This document shows, one piece after another, positions 1-16,820 of a stretch of 64,000 nt of DNA (the stretch's first letter is position 1; every line of letters begins with the position of its first letter). Both the position numbers and the translations under genes were made by a program. The DNA is from the human T2T-CHM13v2.0 reference genome, Homo sapiens. The DNA lies in assembly GCF_009914755.1 (NCBI RefSeq), contig NC_060948.1; one strand, written 5' to 3'. The notes beneath the pieces are model-generated. The model ran no database searches. It was not told the origin of the DNA and saw only the letters and a list, made by a program, of their open reading frames with translations.

Positions 1-83
1 GTGAGTGGAGACCTCACCACTGCACTCCAGTTTGGGTGACAGAGCAAGACTCCATCTCAAAAATAAAATAAAATAAAATAAAA
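1..83 (+). mobile_element. Alu 3' end with (TAAAA)n tail
   Basis: CACTGCACTCCAG...GACAGAGCAAGACTCCATCTC followed by an A-rich tail. Confidence 0.95.
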
Positions 84-483
84 GTGCATATAAAAGGTAT
101 GTTTATAACCATATTGTAGCCTATTAAACGTGCAATAGCATTATGTCTTAAAAATATGCATGCTTTAATTTAAATCTACTTTTTTCTTAATTATAGTTTA
201 AGTTCTAGGGTACATGCGCACAACGTGCATGTTTGTTACATATGTATACATGTGCCATGTTGGTGTGCTGCACCCATGAACTCATCATTTACATTAGGTA
301 TATCTCCTAATGCTATCCCTCCCCCCTCCCCCTACCCCAATTTCAAATCTATTTTATTGCTAAAAAAGCTAATAGATTTTCTCCATGGGTGGGGTTACGA
401 CATTCCTGCAATTTGTAAACAACAACAACAAATAGTGTCTGACGGTGCCATAAAGCAAACTGCAATCAAATGAGGCATGCCTG
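84..483 (-). mobile_element. Internally deleted Tigger1 DNA transposon, interrupted by an L1 fragment
   Basis: Minus strand starts CAGGCATGCCTCATTTGATTGC (Tigger1 TIR-like) next to a TA at 484-485. Positions 84-175 match the Tigger1 3' subterminal sequence (GACATAATGCTATTGCAC...TTTTATATGCAC). Confidence 0.8.
181..338 (-). mobile_element. L1PA 3' UTR end, heavily 5'-truncated
   Basis: TTTAAGTTCTAGGGTACATG...CCTAATGCTATCCCTCCCC; TSD AATTT(C)AAATCTA(C/T)T at 167-180 and 339-353. Confidence 0.92.
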
Positions 484-540
484 TATAGACACACTTTGGC
501 ATCCATTCAATTCTTTATCTAACCAGAATATATATGTAAT

Positions 541-901
541 TTTCATTATTTATTTATTTTAATTTTTAATTTTTTTATTCTTTGATATTTTATTTTATTT
601 TATTTTATTTTATTTTATTTTGAGACAGAGTCTCGCTCTGTCTCCCAGGCTGGAGTGCAATGACCCTATTTTGGCTCACTGCAAACTCCACCTCTGGGGT
701 TCAAGTGATTCTCCAGCCTCAGCCTCCTGAGTAGCTGGGATTACAGGCATTCACCACCAGGCCTGGCTAACTTTGTATATTTAGTAGAGACGGGGTTTCG
801 TCATGTTGGCCAGGCTAGTCTCGAACTCCTGGCCGAGGTGATCCGCTCGCTTCAGCCTCCCAAAGTGCTGGGATGACACGTGTGAGCCACCGTGCCTGGC
901 C
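541..901 (-). mobile_element. Alu with (TTTTA)n tail
   Basis: Full dimeric Alu on the minus strand. Confidence 0.95.
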
Positions 902-1391
902 CAAATCTTTCAAGCCGGCTGTCAGCAGGCATCCGTGTCAGGTCCACCTGTCCGTCCAGCTCCAAGCTGATTGTCAGCCACTGCACAGGCTGAAAAAAAT
1001 GGACTTTAATATCTGTGAAAACCTCGTTGGCTCAAAGGAAACTGTAGCAAATTCTTTTTTTTTATTTTTGTTTTTTAACTCAAAGAGTGGAGTTTGCATT
1101 GACCTTGTGATGGCACGCTGCTCTTTTGTTTTGGTGTAAATCCTCTAGTGGGCACTTTGCAAAAGCAATTTTAGAGCAAAGGTGGTGGCATGGAGTTGTG
1201 TGAGGTTGCTGAAAAGTAGCAAATGGAAGAAAGGTTAATGGAGCTGGATTTCTACAAAGGACGTCCTTTGAGGAGATCCACAGCAGCAACAATCACAGAG
1301 CAGCTTGCGTTTCCTATTCTGGGGACTTGGAGCACTTGATTGTAAGGAAGAAAGTGTGAGTGGGCACAAGGCTGGTGGTCACAATAAAAAG

Positions 1392-4300
1392 AACAACAGT
1401 AATAATATGATACTACCACTGCATGAGAGCAGTAATAACAACAACAGTAATACAATACCACCGCCGTGTGAGAGCAGTAATAACTACAACAGTAATACGA
1501 TACCACCGCTGCATGAGAGCAGTCATAATCACAACAGTAATATGATACTACCGCCGCATGAGAGCAACAACAGTAATATGATACTACTGCCGCATGAGAG
1601 CAGTAATAACAACAGTAATATGATACTACCACTACATGAGAGCAGTCATAATCACAACAGTAACATGACACCACCGCCGCATCAGAGCAGTAATAACAAC
1701 AACAGTAATATGATACTACCGCCGCATGAGAGCAGTAATAACAACACTAATATGATACTACCACTACATGAGAGCAGTCATAATCACAACAGTAACATGA
1801 CACCACCGCCGCATGAGCAGTAATAACAACAACAGTAATATGATACTACCGCCGCATGAGAGCAGTAATCACAACAGTAATATGATACTACCGCTGCATG
1901 AGAGCAGTAATAACAGTAATATGATACTACCGCCGCATGAGAGCAGTAATAACAGTAATATGATACTACCGCCGCATGAGAGCAGTAATAACAACAGTAA
2001 TATGATACTACCGCCGCATGAGAGCAGTCATAATCACAACAGTAATATGATACTACCGCCGCATGGGAGCAGTAATAACAACAACAGTAATATGATACTA
2101 CCGCCGCATGAGAGCAGTAATAACAACAGTAATATGATACTACCGCTGCATGAGAGCAGTAATAACAGTAATATGATACTACCGCCGCATGAGAGCAGTA
2201 ATAACAACAGTAATATGATACTACCACTACATGAGAGCAGTCATAATCACAACAGTAATATGATACTACCACTACATGAGAGCAGTCATAATCACAACAG
2301 TAATATGATACTACCACTACATGAGAGCAGTCATAATCACAACAGTAATATGATACTACCGCCGCATGGGAGCAGTAATCACAACAGTAATATGATACTA
2401 CCGTTGCATGAGAGCAGTAATAACAACAACAGTAATATGATACTACCGCCACATGAGAGCAGTAATCACAACAGTAATATGATACTACCGCCGCATGAGA
2501 GCAGTCATAATCACAACAGTAATATGATACTACCGCCACATGAGAGCAGTAATAACAACAGTAATATGATACTACCACTACATGAGAGCAGTCATAATCA
2601 CAACAGTAATATGATACTACCACTACATGAGAGCAGTCATAATCACAACAGTAATATGATACTACCACTACATGAGAGCAGTCATAATCACAACAGTAAT
2701 ATGATACTACCGCTGCATGAGAGCAGTAATAACAACAGTAATATGATACTACCGCCGCATGAGAGCAACAACAGTAATATGATACTACTGCCGCATGAGA
2801 GCAGTAATAACAACAGTAATATGATACTACCGCCGCATGAGAGCAGTAATAACAACAGTAATATGATACTACCACTACATGAGAGCAGTCATAATCACAA
2901 CAGTAATATGATACTACCGCCGCATGAGAGCAGTAATCACAACAGTAATATGATACTACCGCTGCATGAGAGCAGTAATAACAGTAATATGATACTACCG
3001 CCACATGAGAGCAGTAATAACAGTAATATGATACTACCGCCGCATGAGAGCAGTAATAACAACAGTAATATGATACTACCGCCGCATGAGAGCAGTCATA
3101 ATCACAACAGTAATATGATACTACCACTACATGAGAGCAGTCATAATCACAACAGTAATATGATACTACCGCTGCATGAGAGCAGTAATAACAACAGTAA
3201 TATGATACTACCGCCGCATGAGAGCAGTAATAACAGTAATATGATACTACCGCCGCATGAGAGCAGTCATAACAGTAATATGATACTACCGCCGCATGAG
3301 AGCAGTAATAACAACAGTAATATGATACTACCGCTGCATGAGAGCAGTAATAACAACAGTAATATGATACTACCACTACATGAGAGCAGTCATAATCACA
3401 ACAGTAATATGATACTACCGCCGCATGGGAGCAGTAATCACAACAGTAATATGATACTACCGTTGCATGAGAGCAGTAATAACAACAACAGTAATATGAT
3501 ACTACCGCCGCATGAGAGCAGTCATAATCACAACAGTAATATGATACTACCGCCGCATGAGAGCAGTCATAATCACAACAGTAATATGATACTACCGCCA
3601 CATGAGAGCAGTAATAACAACAGTAATATGATACTACCACTACATGAGAGCAGTCATAATCACAACAGTAATATGATACTACCACTACATGAGAGCAGTC
3701 ATAATCACAACAGTAATATGATACTACCACTACATGAGAGCAGTCATAATCACAACAGTAATATGATACTACCGCTGCATGAGAGCAGTAATAACAACAG
3801 TAATATGATACTACCGCCACATGAGAGCAGTAATAATCACAACAGTAATATGATACTACCGCCGCATGAGAGCAGTAATCACAACAGTAATATGATACTA
3901 CCGCCACATGAGAGCAGTAATAACAGTAATATGATACTACCGCCACATGAGAGCAGTAATCACAACAGTAATATGATACTACCACTACATGAGAGCAGTC
4001 ATAATCACAACAGTAATATGATACTACCGCTGCATGAGAGCAGTAATAACAACAGTAATATGATACTACCGCCACATGAGAGCAGTAATAATCACAACAG
4101 TAATATGATACTACCACTACATGAGAGCAGTCATAATCACAACAGTAATATGATACTACCGCCACATGAGAGCAGTAATAACAACAGTAATATGATACTA
4201 CCGCCGCATGAGAGCAGTAATAACAGTAATATGATACTACCGCCACATGAGAGCAGTAATAACAGTAATATGATACTACCGCCACATGAGAGCAGTAATC

Positions 4301-5344
4301 ACAACAGTAATATGATACTACCACTACATGAGAGCAGTCATAATCACAACAGTAATATGATACTACCGCCGCATGAGCAGTAATAACAGTAATATGATAC
4401 TACCGCCGCATGAGAGCAGTAATAACAACAGTAATATGATACTACCACTACATGAGAGCAGTAATAATCACAACAGTAACATGACACCACCGCCACATGA
4501 GAGCAGTAATAACAACAGCAATATACTACCGCCGCATGAGAGCAGTAATAACAACAGTAGTATGATACTACCACTACATGAGAGCAGTCATAATCACAAC
4601 AGTAATATGATACTACCGCCGCATGAGAGCAGTAATAACAGTAATATGATACTACCGCCGCATGAGAGCAGTAATAACAGTAATATGATACTACCGCCGC
4701 ATGAGAGCAGTAATAACAAGAGTAATATGATACCACCACCGCATGAGAGCAGTAATAACAACAGTAATATGATACCACCGCCACATGAGAGCAGTAATAA
4801 CAACAGTAATATGATACTACCACTACATGAGAGCAGTCATAATCACAACAGTAATATGATACTACCACTACATGAGAGCAGTCATAATCACAACAGTAAT
4901 ATGATACTACCGCCGCATGAGAGCAGTAATAACAGTAATATGATACTACCGCCACATGAGAGCAGTCATAATCACAACAGTAATATGATACTACCGCCGC
5001 ATGAGAGCAGTAATCACAACAGTAATATGATACTACCGCCACATGAGAGCAGTCATAATCACAACAGTAATATGATACTACCACTACATGAGAGCAGTCA
5101 TAATCACAACAGTAATATGATACTACCACTACATGAGAGCAGTAATAACAACAGTAATATGATACTACCGCCACATGAGAGCAGTCATAATCACAACAGT
5201 AATATGATACTACCGCTGCATGAGAGCAGTAATAACAAGAGTAATATGATACCACCGCCACATGAGAGCAGTAATAACAACAGTAATATGATACTACCAC
5301 CGCAGGAGAGCAGTAGTAGGAGTAATAATAAAGTTAACAGCAGC

Positions 5345-5345
<1 letters not shown>
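1392..5345. repeat. Minisatellite/VNTR, 33-39 bp unit (AACAGTAATATGATACTACCRCYRCATGAGAGCAGT + variable AAT/AAC/CAT/CAC triplets), roughly 105-110 copies
   Basis: Directly visible tandem array of near-identical units; unit length varies in 3 bp steps. Confidence 0.98.
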
Positions 5346-6180
<835 letters not shown>

Positions 6181-6204
6181 TACTGACCTAAGCCAAGATG
6201 TGGA

Positions 6205-6757
6205 TATTATGGGGTTTCACCCATGCTGCCATAGCAAAGTCTCACAGACTAGGTGGCTTAACCAACAGACATTGATTCTCCCACAGTCCTGGAGGCTGCA
6301 AGTCTGAGATCCAGGTGTGGGCAGGGCTGGTTCCTCCTGAGGCCTCTCTCCTTGGCTTGGAGACACTGTCTTCTCCCTGCAGCCTCACAGGGTCATCCCT
6401 CTGTGTGTGTCTGTGTCCTCACCTCCTCTTCTTATGAGATGCCTTAGTCCATTTCAGGCTGCTAACACAGAATACCATAGACTGGGTGACTTATAAACAA
6501 CAGACATTGATTCTCCCACAGTCCTGGAGGCTGGAAGTCTGAGATCCAGGTATGGGCAGGGCTGGTTCCTCCTGAGGCCTCTCTCCTGGGCTTGTAGACG
6601 CCGTCTTCTCCCTGTGCCCTCACAGGGTCATCCCTCTGTGTGTGTCTGTGTCCTCACCTCTTCTTCTTATGAGATGCCTTAGTCCATTTCAGGCTGCTAA
6701 CACAGAATACCATAGACTGGGTGACTTATGAGCAACAGACATTGATTCTCCCACAGT
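6205..6757 (-). repeat. ~235 bp tandem repeat (~2.3 copies) of MLT1-derived sequence
   Basis: CAACAGACATTGATTCTCCCACAGTC at 6263, 6498 and 6733; MLT1 motif GGGCAGGGCTGGTTCCTCCTGAGGCC. Confidence 0.88.
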
Positions 6758-7523
6758 CAAGACAGGGGAAGACCATGGAGAGGAGGGTCATGTATCTGTA
6801 ACTCTTGAACATTTTATTCCAGGATCAAGTAAACGTGCCAATATTTGGGTTAGCTTTCTGCTTTTTCTCCGGCAAAACACGACAATTTACACTGCATTGA
6901 ATTTAAGGATGGTTGCTTTCTCCTTGACATGCCAACAGAACAAACAGGGTCTCCGATTCTGAAATGACTCCAGATTTGGGAGACAAAGTTGTGTCAGCCA
7001 ATTTCTACAGATGCTGTCTGTAGACTCTGCTTGTGCCTGCATTTGGCTTTACAGATTCAGGCTGTGTTTCTGGAGCCGCCTCGCACGTTCTCCTCTATTG
7101 AGATTATAAAATTATCAAAAGCTTGAAGGTAAATGCTCTCTGTTGACTCAACACGATTACAACTTTGTGTGTGTGTGTTTGCTGCAGTGCAGCGCACAAG
7201 TTTTATAGGACAACCTGAGCCTTCATTTCTTCAGTTTGACATTCTGAGTTTAAGACAAAGGGAATGATCACCCCGCCGTGTTCTTGGTAAAGGAAGAGTG
7301 TTAGAGCATCATGGCAGTATTCTTCCAGCCTCCAGGAAGAGAAGCTTTTAAAATGACAATTTCTGATTTGACATTTTCACTTGTAACACCCTAGAGGTAT
7401 AGGCAGGTCTTGCATCTGCAAAAGGTTATTGCTGTGGAGAATTGGGAGCTGTGGTAAATGAAGTGTGACCGCCTTGCCCACAGTAAGGCAGGGAAGACAA
7501 GAGAATGTAAAAAATGTGAATAC

Positions 7524-8121
7524 CTTGAGGAAGACAGTGTGCTAATTCCTCAAGGATCTAGAACCAGAAGTACCTTTTGACCCAGCAATCCCATTACTGG
7601 GTATATACCCAAAGGATTATAAGTCATTCTACTATAAAGACTCATGCACACTTATGTTTATTGTGGCACTGTTCACAATAGCAAAAACTTGGAACCAACC
7701 CAAATGCTCATCAGTGATAGTCTGGATAAAGAAAATGTAGCACATATACACCATGGAATACTCTGCAGCCATCAAAAGGAACAAAATCATGTCCTTTGCA
7801 GGGACAGGGATGAAGCTGGAAACCATCATCCTCAGCAAACTAACACAAGAACAGAAAACCAAACACTGCATGTTCTCACTCATAAGTGGGAGTTGAACAA
7901 TGAGAACACATGGACACAGGGAGGGGAACATCACACACCAGAACCTGTCAGGGGAGGGGGGCTAGGGGAGGGATAGCATTAGGGGAAATACCTTATGTAT
8001 ATAATGGGTTGATGGGTGCAGCAAACCACCATGGCACATGTATACCTATGTAACAAAACTGCCCACGCTGCACATGTACCCCAGAACTTAAAGTATAATT
8101 TAAAAAAAAAAAGAAAAAAAA
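7524..8121 (+). mobile_element. L1PA 3' end (ORF2 C-terminus + 3' UTR + polyA)
   Basis: GACCCAGCAATCCCATTACTGGG...AGAACTTAAAGTATAAT-polyA; TSD AAAAAATGTG(C)AATAC at 7509-7523 and 8116-8131. Confidence 0.95.
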
Positions 8122-8349
8122 TGTGCAATACTCACCAGATGATGTTCCAAGTTGTTTAGCTGCAATAGTGACTGGCTTAATGCATTAGTTTGCCCCCCTT
8201 TTTCCTTATTATTTTGTTATCCCAAAAAACCTTTCCTACAGGGGCTAAGAATATATGGGAAATTCCAATATACCATTTCTGGGGAAACCCAAGCAAATAA
8301 CAGACAGGGGTTATGGCCACACCGTGCTTTCTGGATATTTGTACTATTA

Positions 8350-8520
8350 CGAGTGGAAATGTGTCCTATGCCAAATTCATAGATTGACGTCCTAAATCTC
8401 AGTTCCTCAGACTGTGATCTTGTTTGGAAGTACATCATTGCAGATGTAATTAATTAGTTCTGTTAGGATGAGGTCAGGCTGGAGTCAAATGGGCCCCTAA
8501 TCTAATATAAATGTTGTCTT
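8350..8520 (+). mobile_element. MLT1 (B/C-like) LTR 5' part; probably resumes at ~12390-12663
   Basis: CCTCAGACTGTGATCTTGTTTGGAA...TTGCAGATGTAATT...GATGAGGTCA. Confidence 0.7.
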
Positions 8521-8521
8521 C

Positions 8522-8700
8522 ATCCATTTGAGCATCTATCACGAGATGTCATAAATTGGGTTGGTTTGAAATAACGGGAGTTTATCACTCACAGCTCTGT
8601 TGGCTAGAATTTCAAGATCAAAGGGTGGAAGATTCAGTGTGTGGGAACGGCTTCCTGGTTCACAGACGGTGCCTTCTCACTATGCCCTTACATGGTACCG
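8522..8700 (-). mobile_element. MaLR LTR (MLT1A/MST-like) 3' part, leading into the 58 bp VNTR
   Basis: TTTATCACTCACAGCTCTG...TCAAGATCAA...GCTTCCTGGTTCACAGACGG. Confidence 0.7.
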
Positions 8701-11700
8701 CCTCCGCCAACAGGGAACAGATTTCAGCATGAGACCCAAACACCTCCACCCAGTCCCACCTCCATCACTGGGAACCAGATTTCAGCATGAGACCCAAACC
8801 CCTCACCCAGCCCCACCTCCATCACTGGGAACAAGATTTCAGCATGAGACCAAACACCCTCACACAGACTCACCTCCAACAATGGGGACCAGATTTCAGC
8901 ACGAGACCAAACACCCTCACCGAGCCCCACCTCCAACACTAGGGACCAGATTTCAACATGAGAAACAAACACCTCCATCCAGCCTCACCACTAATACGGG
9001 GGACCAGATTTCAGCATGAGACCCAAACACCCTCACCCAGCCCCACCTCCCACACTGGGAACAAGATTCCAGCATGAGACCAAACACCCTCACACAGACT
9101 CACCTCCAACAATGGGGACCAGATTTCAGCAATAGACCCAAACACCCTCACCCAGCCCCACCTCCAAACTGGGGACCAGATTTCAGCATGAGACCCAAAC
9201 ACACTCACGCAGCCCCAACTCCAACACTGGGGACCAGATTTCAGCATGAGACACACACACCTCCACCCGGCCTCACCCCCAACACTGGAGACCAGATTTC
9301 AGCATGAGACCCAAACACCCTCATCCAGACCCACCTCCAACAATGGGGACCAGATTACAGCATGAGACCCAAACACTTCCACCCAGCCCCACCGCCAACA
9401 CTGGGGACCAGATTTCAGCAGGAGACCCAAACACCCTCATCCAGACCCAACTCCAACATTGGTGACCAGATTTCAGCATCAGAACCAAACACCCTCACCC
9501 AGCCCCACCCCTAACACTGGGGACAAGATTTCAGCATGAGACCCAAACAACTCTATCCAGCCTCACCACCAACACTGGGGACCAGATTTCAGCATGACGC
9601 CTAAACACCCTCACACAGACCCACCTCCAACACTGGAGACAGATTTCAGCATGACATGCAAACATCTCGACCCAGCCCCACCTCCAACACTGGGAACCAG
9701 ATTTCAGAATGAGACCCAAACACTTCCACCCAGCCCCACCTCCAACATTGGGGAGCAGATTTCAGAATGAGACCCAAACACCTCCACCTGGCCTCACCTC
9801 CAACTTCAGGGACCAGATTTCAGCATAAGACACAAACACCTCCACCCAGACCCACATCAAACACTGGGAACAAGATATCAGCATGAGACCCAAACACGTC
9901 CACCCAGCCCCACCTCCAACAATGGGGACCAGATTTAAGCATGAGGCGAAAACACCCTCACCCAGACCCACCTCCAACACTGGGGACCAGATTTCCGCAT
10001 GGCACCCAAACACGCTCATCCAGACCCACCTCCAACATCGGTGAAAAGATTTCAGCATGAGACCCAAACACGCTCACCCAGCCCCACCCCTAACACTGGG
10101 AACAAGATATCAGCATGAGACCCAAACACCCTCACCCAGCCCCACCTCCAACAATGGGGACCAGATTTCAGCATGAGACCCAAACACCTCCACCTGGCCT
10201 CATCCCCAACACTGGGGACCAGATTTCAACATGAGACGCAAACACCTCCACCTGGCCTCACCTCCAACTTCAGGGACCAGATTACAGCATGAGACCCAAA
10301 CACCTCCACCCAGACCTACCTACAACACTGGGAAACAGATTTCTGCCTGAGACCCAGACACCTCCATCCAGCTTCACCACCAGCACTGGGGACCAGATTT
10401 CAGCATGAGACCCAAACACCCTCAGCCAGCCCCACCTCCAACACTGCGGACGAGATTTCAGCATGAGACCCAAACATCCTCACCCAGCCCCACCCCTAAC
10501 ACTTGGGACCAGATTTCAGCATGAGACCCAAACACCCTCACCCAGCACCCCCTCCAACACTGGGGATGAGATTTCAGCATGAGACCCAAACACCCTCACA
10601 GAGCCCCACCCCTAACGCTGGGGACCAGTTTTCAGCATGAGACCCAAACACCTCCATCCAGCCTCACCACCAACACTGGGGACCAGATTTCAGCATGAGG
10701 CCCAAATACCCTCACCCAGACCCACCTCCAACACTGGGGACGAGATTTCAGCATGAGGCCCAAACACCCTCACGCAGACCCACCTCCAAAACTGGGGACC
10801 AGATTTCAGCATGAGACCCAAACACCTCCACCCAGCCTCAACACCAATACTGGAGACCAGATTTCAACATGAGACCCAAACACCTCCACCCGGCCTCAAC
10901 ACCAATACTGGAGACCAGATTTCAACATGAGACCCAAACACCTCCACCCAGCCTCACATCCAATACTGGAGACCAGATTTCAGCATGAAGCCCAAACACC
11001 CTCACCCAGCCCCATCTCCAATAATGGGTACCGGATTTCATCATGAGACCCAAACGCTTCAACCCAGCCCCAACTGCAACACTGGGGAACAGATTTCAGC
11101 ATGAGACACAAACACCCTCCCCAAGACCCACCTCAAACACTGGGGACCAGATTTCAGCATGAGACCCAAACACCTTCACCCAGCACCACCCCTAACACTG
11201 GGGACCAGATTTCAGCATGAGACCCAAACACCTTCACCCAGCACCACCCCTAACACTGGGGGCCAGATTTCAGCATGAGACCCAAACACCCTCACCCAGC
11301 CCCACCTCCAACACTGGGGACAAGATTTCAGCATGAGACCCAAACACCCTCACCCAGCCCCACCCCTAACACTTGGGGACCAGATTTCAGCATGAGACCC
11401 AAACACCTCCATCCAGCCTCACCTCACCTGGGACCAGATTTCAGCATGAGACCCGAACACCTCCATCCAGCTTCACCACCAACACTGGGGACCAGATTTC
11501 AGCATGAGGCCCAAATACCCTCACCCAGACCCACCTCCAACACTGGGGACCGGATTTCAGCATGAGACCCAAACACCTCCATCCAGCCTCACCACCAACA
11601 CTGGGGACCAGATTTTAGCATGAGACCCAAACACCCTCACCCAGCCCCACCCCTAACACTTGGGACCAGATTTCAGCATGAGACCCGAACACCCTCACCC

Positions 11701-12330
11701 AGCACCCCCTCCAACATTGGTGACCAGATTTCAGCATGAGACCCAAACACCCGCACCCAGCCCCACCCCTAACACTGGGGACCAGAATTCAGCATGAGAC
11801 CCAAACACCTCCATCCAGACTCACCTCCAACTTTGGGGACCAGATTTCATCATGAGATCCAAACACCTCCATCCGACTGGCCTCACCTCCAACAGTTGGG
11901 GCCAGATTTCAGCATGAGACCCAAACACCTCCATCCGGCCGGCCTCACCTCCAACATTGGGGACCAGATTTCAGCGTGAGACCCAGACACCCTCACCCAG
12001 CACCCCCCCAACACTGGGGACCAGATTTCAGCATGAGAGCGAAACACCTCCATCCAGCCTCACCACCAATACTGGGGACCAGATTTCTGCATGAGACTCA
12101 AACACCTCCATGCAGCCGGCTTCACCTCCAACACTGGGGCGAGATTTCAGCATGATACCCAAACACTTCCACCTGGCCTCACCTCCAACACTGGGGCGAG
12201 ATTTCAGCATGATACCCAAACACTTCCACCTGGCCTCACCTGTAACAGTGGAGACCAGATTTCAGCATGATTCCCAAACACCTCCACCTGGCCTCACCTC
12301 CAACATCAGGGATCAGATTTCAGCATGAGA
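8701..12330. repeat. Minisatellite/VNTR, 58 bp unit (AGATTTCAGCATGAGACCCAAACACCCTCACCCAGCCCCACCTCCAACACTGGGGACC), ~62 copies, MSTB-derived
   Basis: Period 58 (AGATTTCAG at 8719, 8777, ...); the array exits into the MST terminus CATGAGATTTGGAGAAGACAAACATGCCGACTATATCA (to 12361). Confidence 0.97.
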
Positions 12331-12494
12331 TTTGGAGAAGACAAACATGCCGACTATATCAGCCACCGCGCCTGGCCACAGATATTTAGTCCTTAGCAAC
12401 TGGTGTCCTTATGAAAAGGGGGAAATGGGATGTGAATGGCGAGAAGCTATGGGAACTTTGCAGTGATGCTGCCCCAAGTCAAGGAAGTAACAGA

Positions 12495-15080
<2,586 letters not shown>

Positions 15081-15094
15081 GGAACAAAAACAAA

Positions 15095-15718
<624 letters not shown>

Positions 15719-16237
15719 GGCCAGGGCCAGTGGCTCAAGCCTGTAATCTCAGCACTTTGGGAGGCCAAGGCCGGCGGATCACCTGAGGTCAGGAGTTCGA
15801 GACAAGCCTGGCCAACATGGTGAAACCCTGTCTCTACTAAAAATACAAAAGTTAGCCAGGCATGGTGGCGGGCACCTGTAATCCCAACTACTTGGGAGGC
15901 TGAGGCAGGAGAATCGCTTAAACCTGGGAGGTGGAGGGGCCAGGCGTGGTGCCTCATACCTGTAATCCCAGCACTTTGGGAGGCCAAGGCAGGCGGATTC
16001 ACGAGGTTAGGAGTTTGAGGCCAGTTTGACCAACATGGTGAAGCCCTGTCTCTACTAAAAATACAAAAATTAGCCAGGCGTGGTGGTGCACACCTGTAAT
16101 CCCAGCTACCCTGGAGGCAGGAGGAGGCAGGAGAATTGCTTGAACCTGGAAGGCGGAGGTTGCAGTGAGCTGAGATCATACCACTGCACTGCAGTCTGGG
16201 CGACAAAGTAAGAGTGTGTTTCAAAAAAAAAAAAAAA
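15719..16237 (+). mobile_element. Two adjacent Alus (first 3'-truncated)
   Basis: Alu starts at 15719 and ~15938. Confidence 0.93.
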
Positions 16238-16526
16238 GTGAAAAAGCAATGGACTGTGAATGACATTCATATCTTAAATTCCCACACACATCGTGAAACT
16301 GGCTGCTTTCAGCTTTACGGAAAACCCAGGGAGGATGATTTCAATGTTTAGCAAATACTGGATCAATATTGAAAACAGGGTCTACTATTTTTCCACTCAC
16401 ACGAGACAGTGGGTGAGACCCAGCCATTCTCCATAAGTTGGAGGCATCTGCTCTTGTTTAAACTCATATCCAAACATGGAAATATGAACTTACTTGGAAA
16501 AATGATCTTTTGGAATAAAGATTATT

Positions 16527-16820
16527 ATTATTTTTTTTTGAGACAGAGTTTCTCTCTTGTTGCCCAGGCTGGAGTGCAGTGGCATGATCTCAGCTCACTG
16601 CAACCTCCCCTTCCGGGTTCAAGCAATTCTCCTGCCTCAGCGTCCTGAGAAGCTGGCACTACAGGCACCCGCCACCATGCCCAGCTAATTTTGTATTTTT
16701 AGTAGAGACAGGGTTTTGCCATGTTGGCCAGGCTGGTCTTGAACTCCCGACCTCAGATGATCTGCTTGCCTCGGCCTCCTTAAGTGCTAGGATTACAGGC
16801 GTGAGCCACCGCGCCCAGCT
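16527..16820 (-). mobile_element. Alu
   Basis: TSD TGGAATAAAGATTATT at 16511-16526 and 16821-16836. Confidence 0.96.

Noticed and set aside
8701-12330. PRDM9 13-mer (CCNCCNTNNCCNC) array in the 58 bp VNTR
   Set aside because: The common unit variants I checked do not match the degenerate consensus; a PWM scan would be needed.
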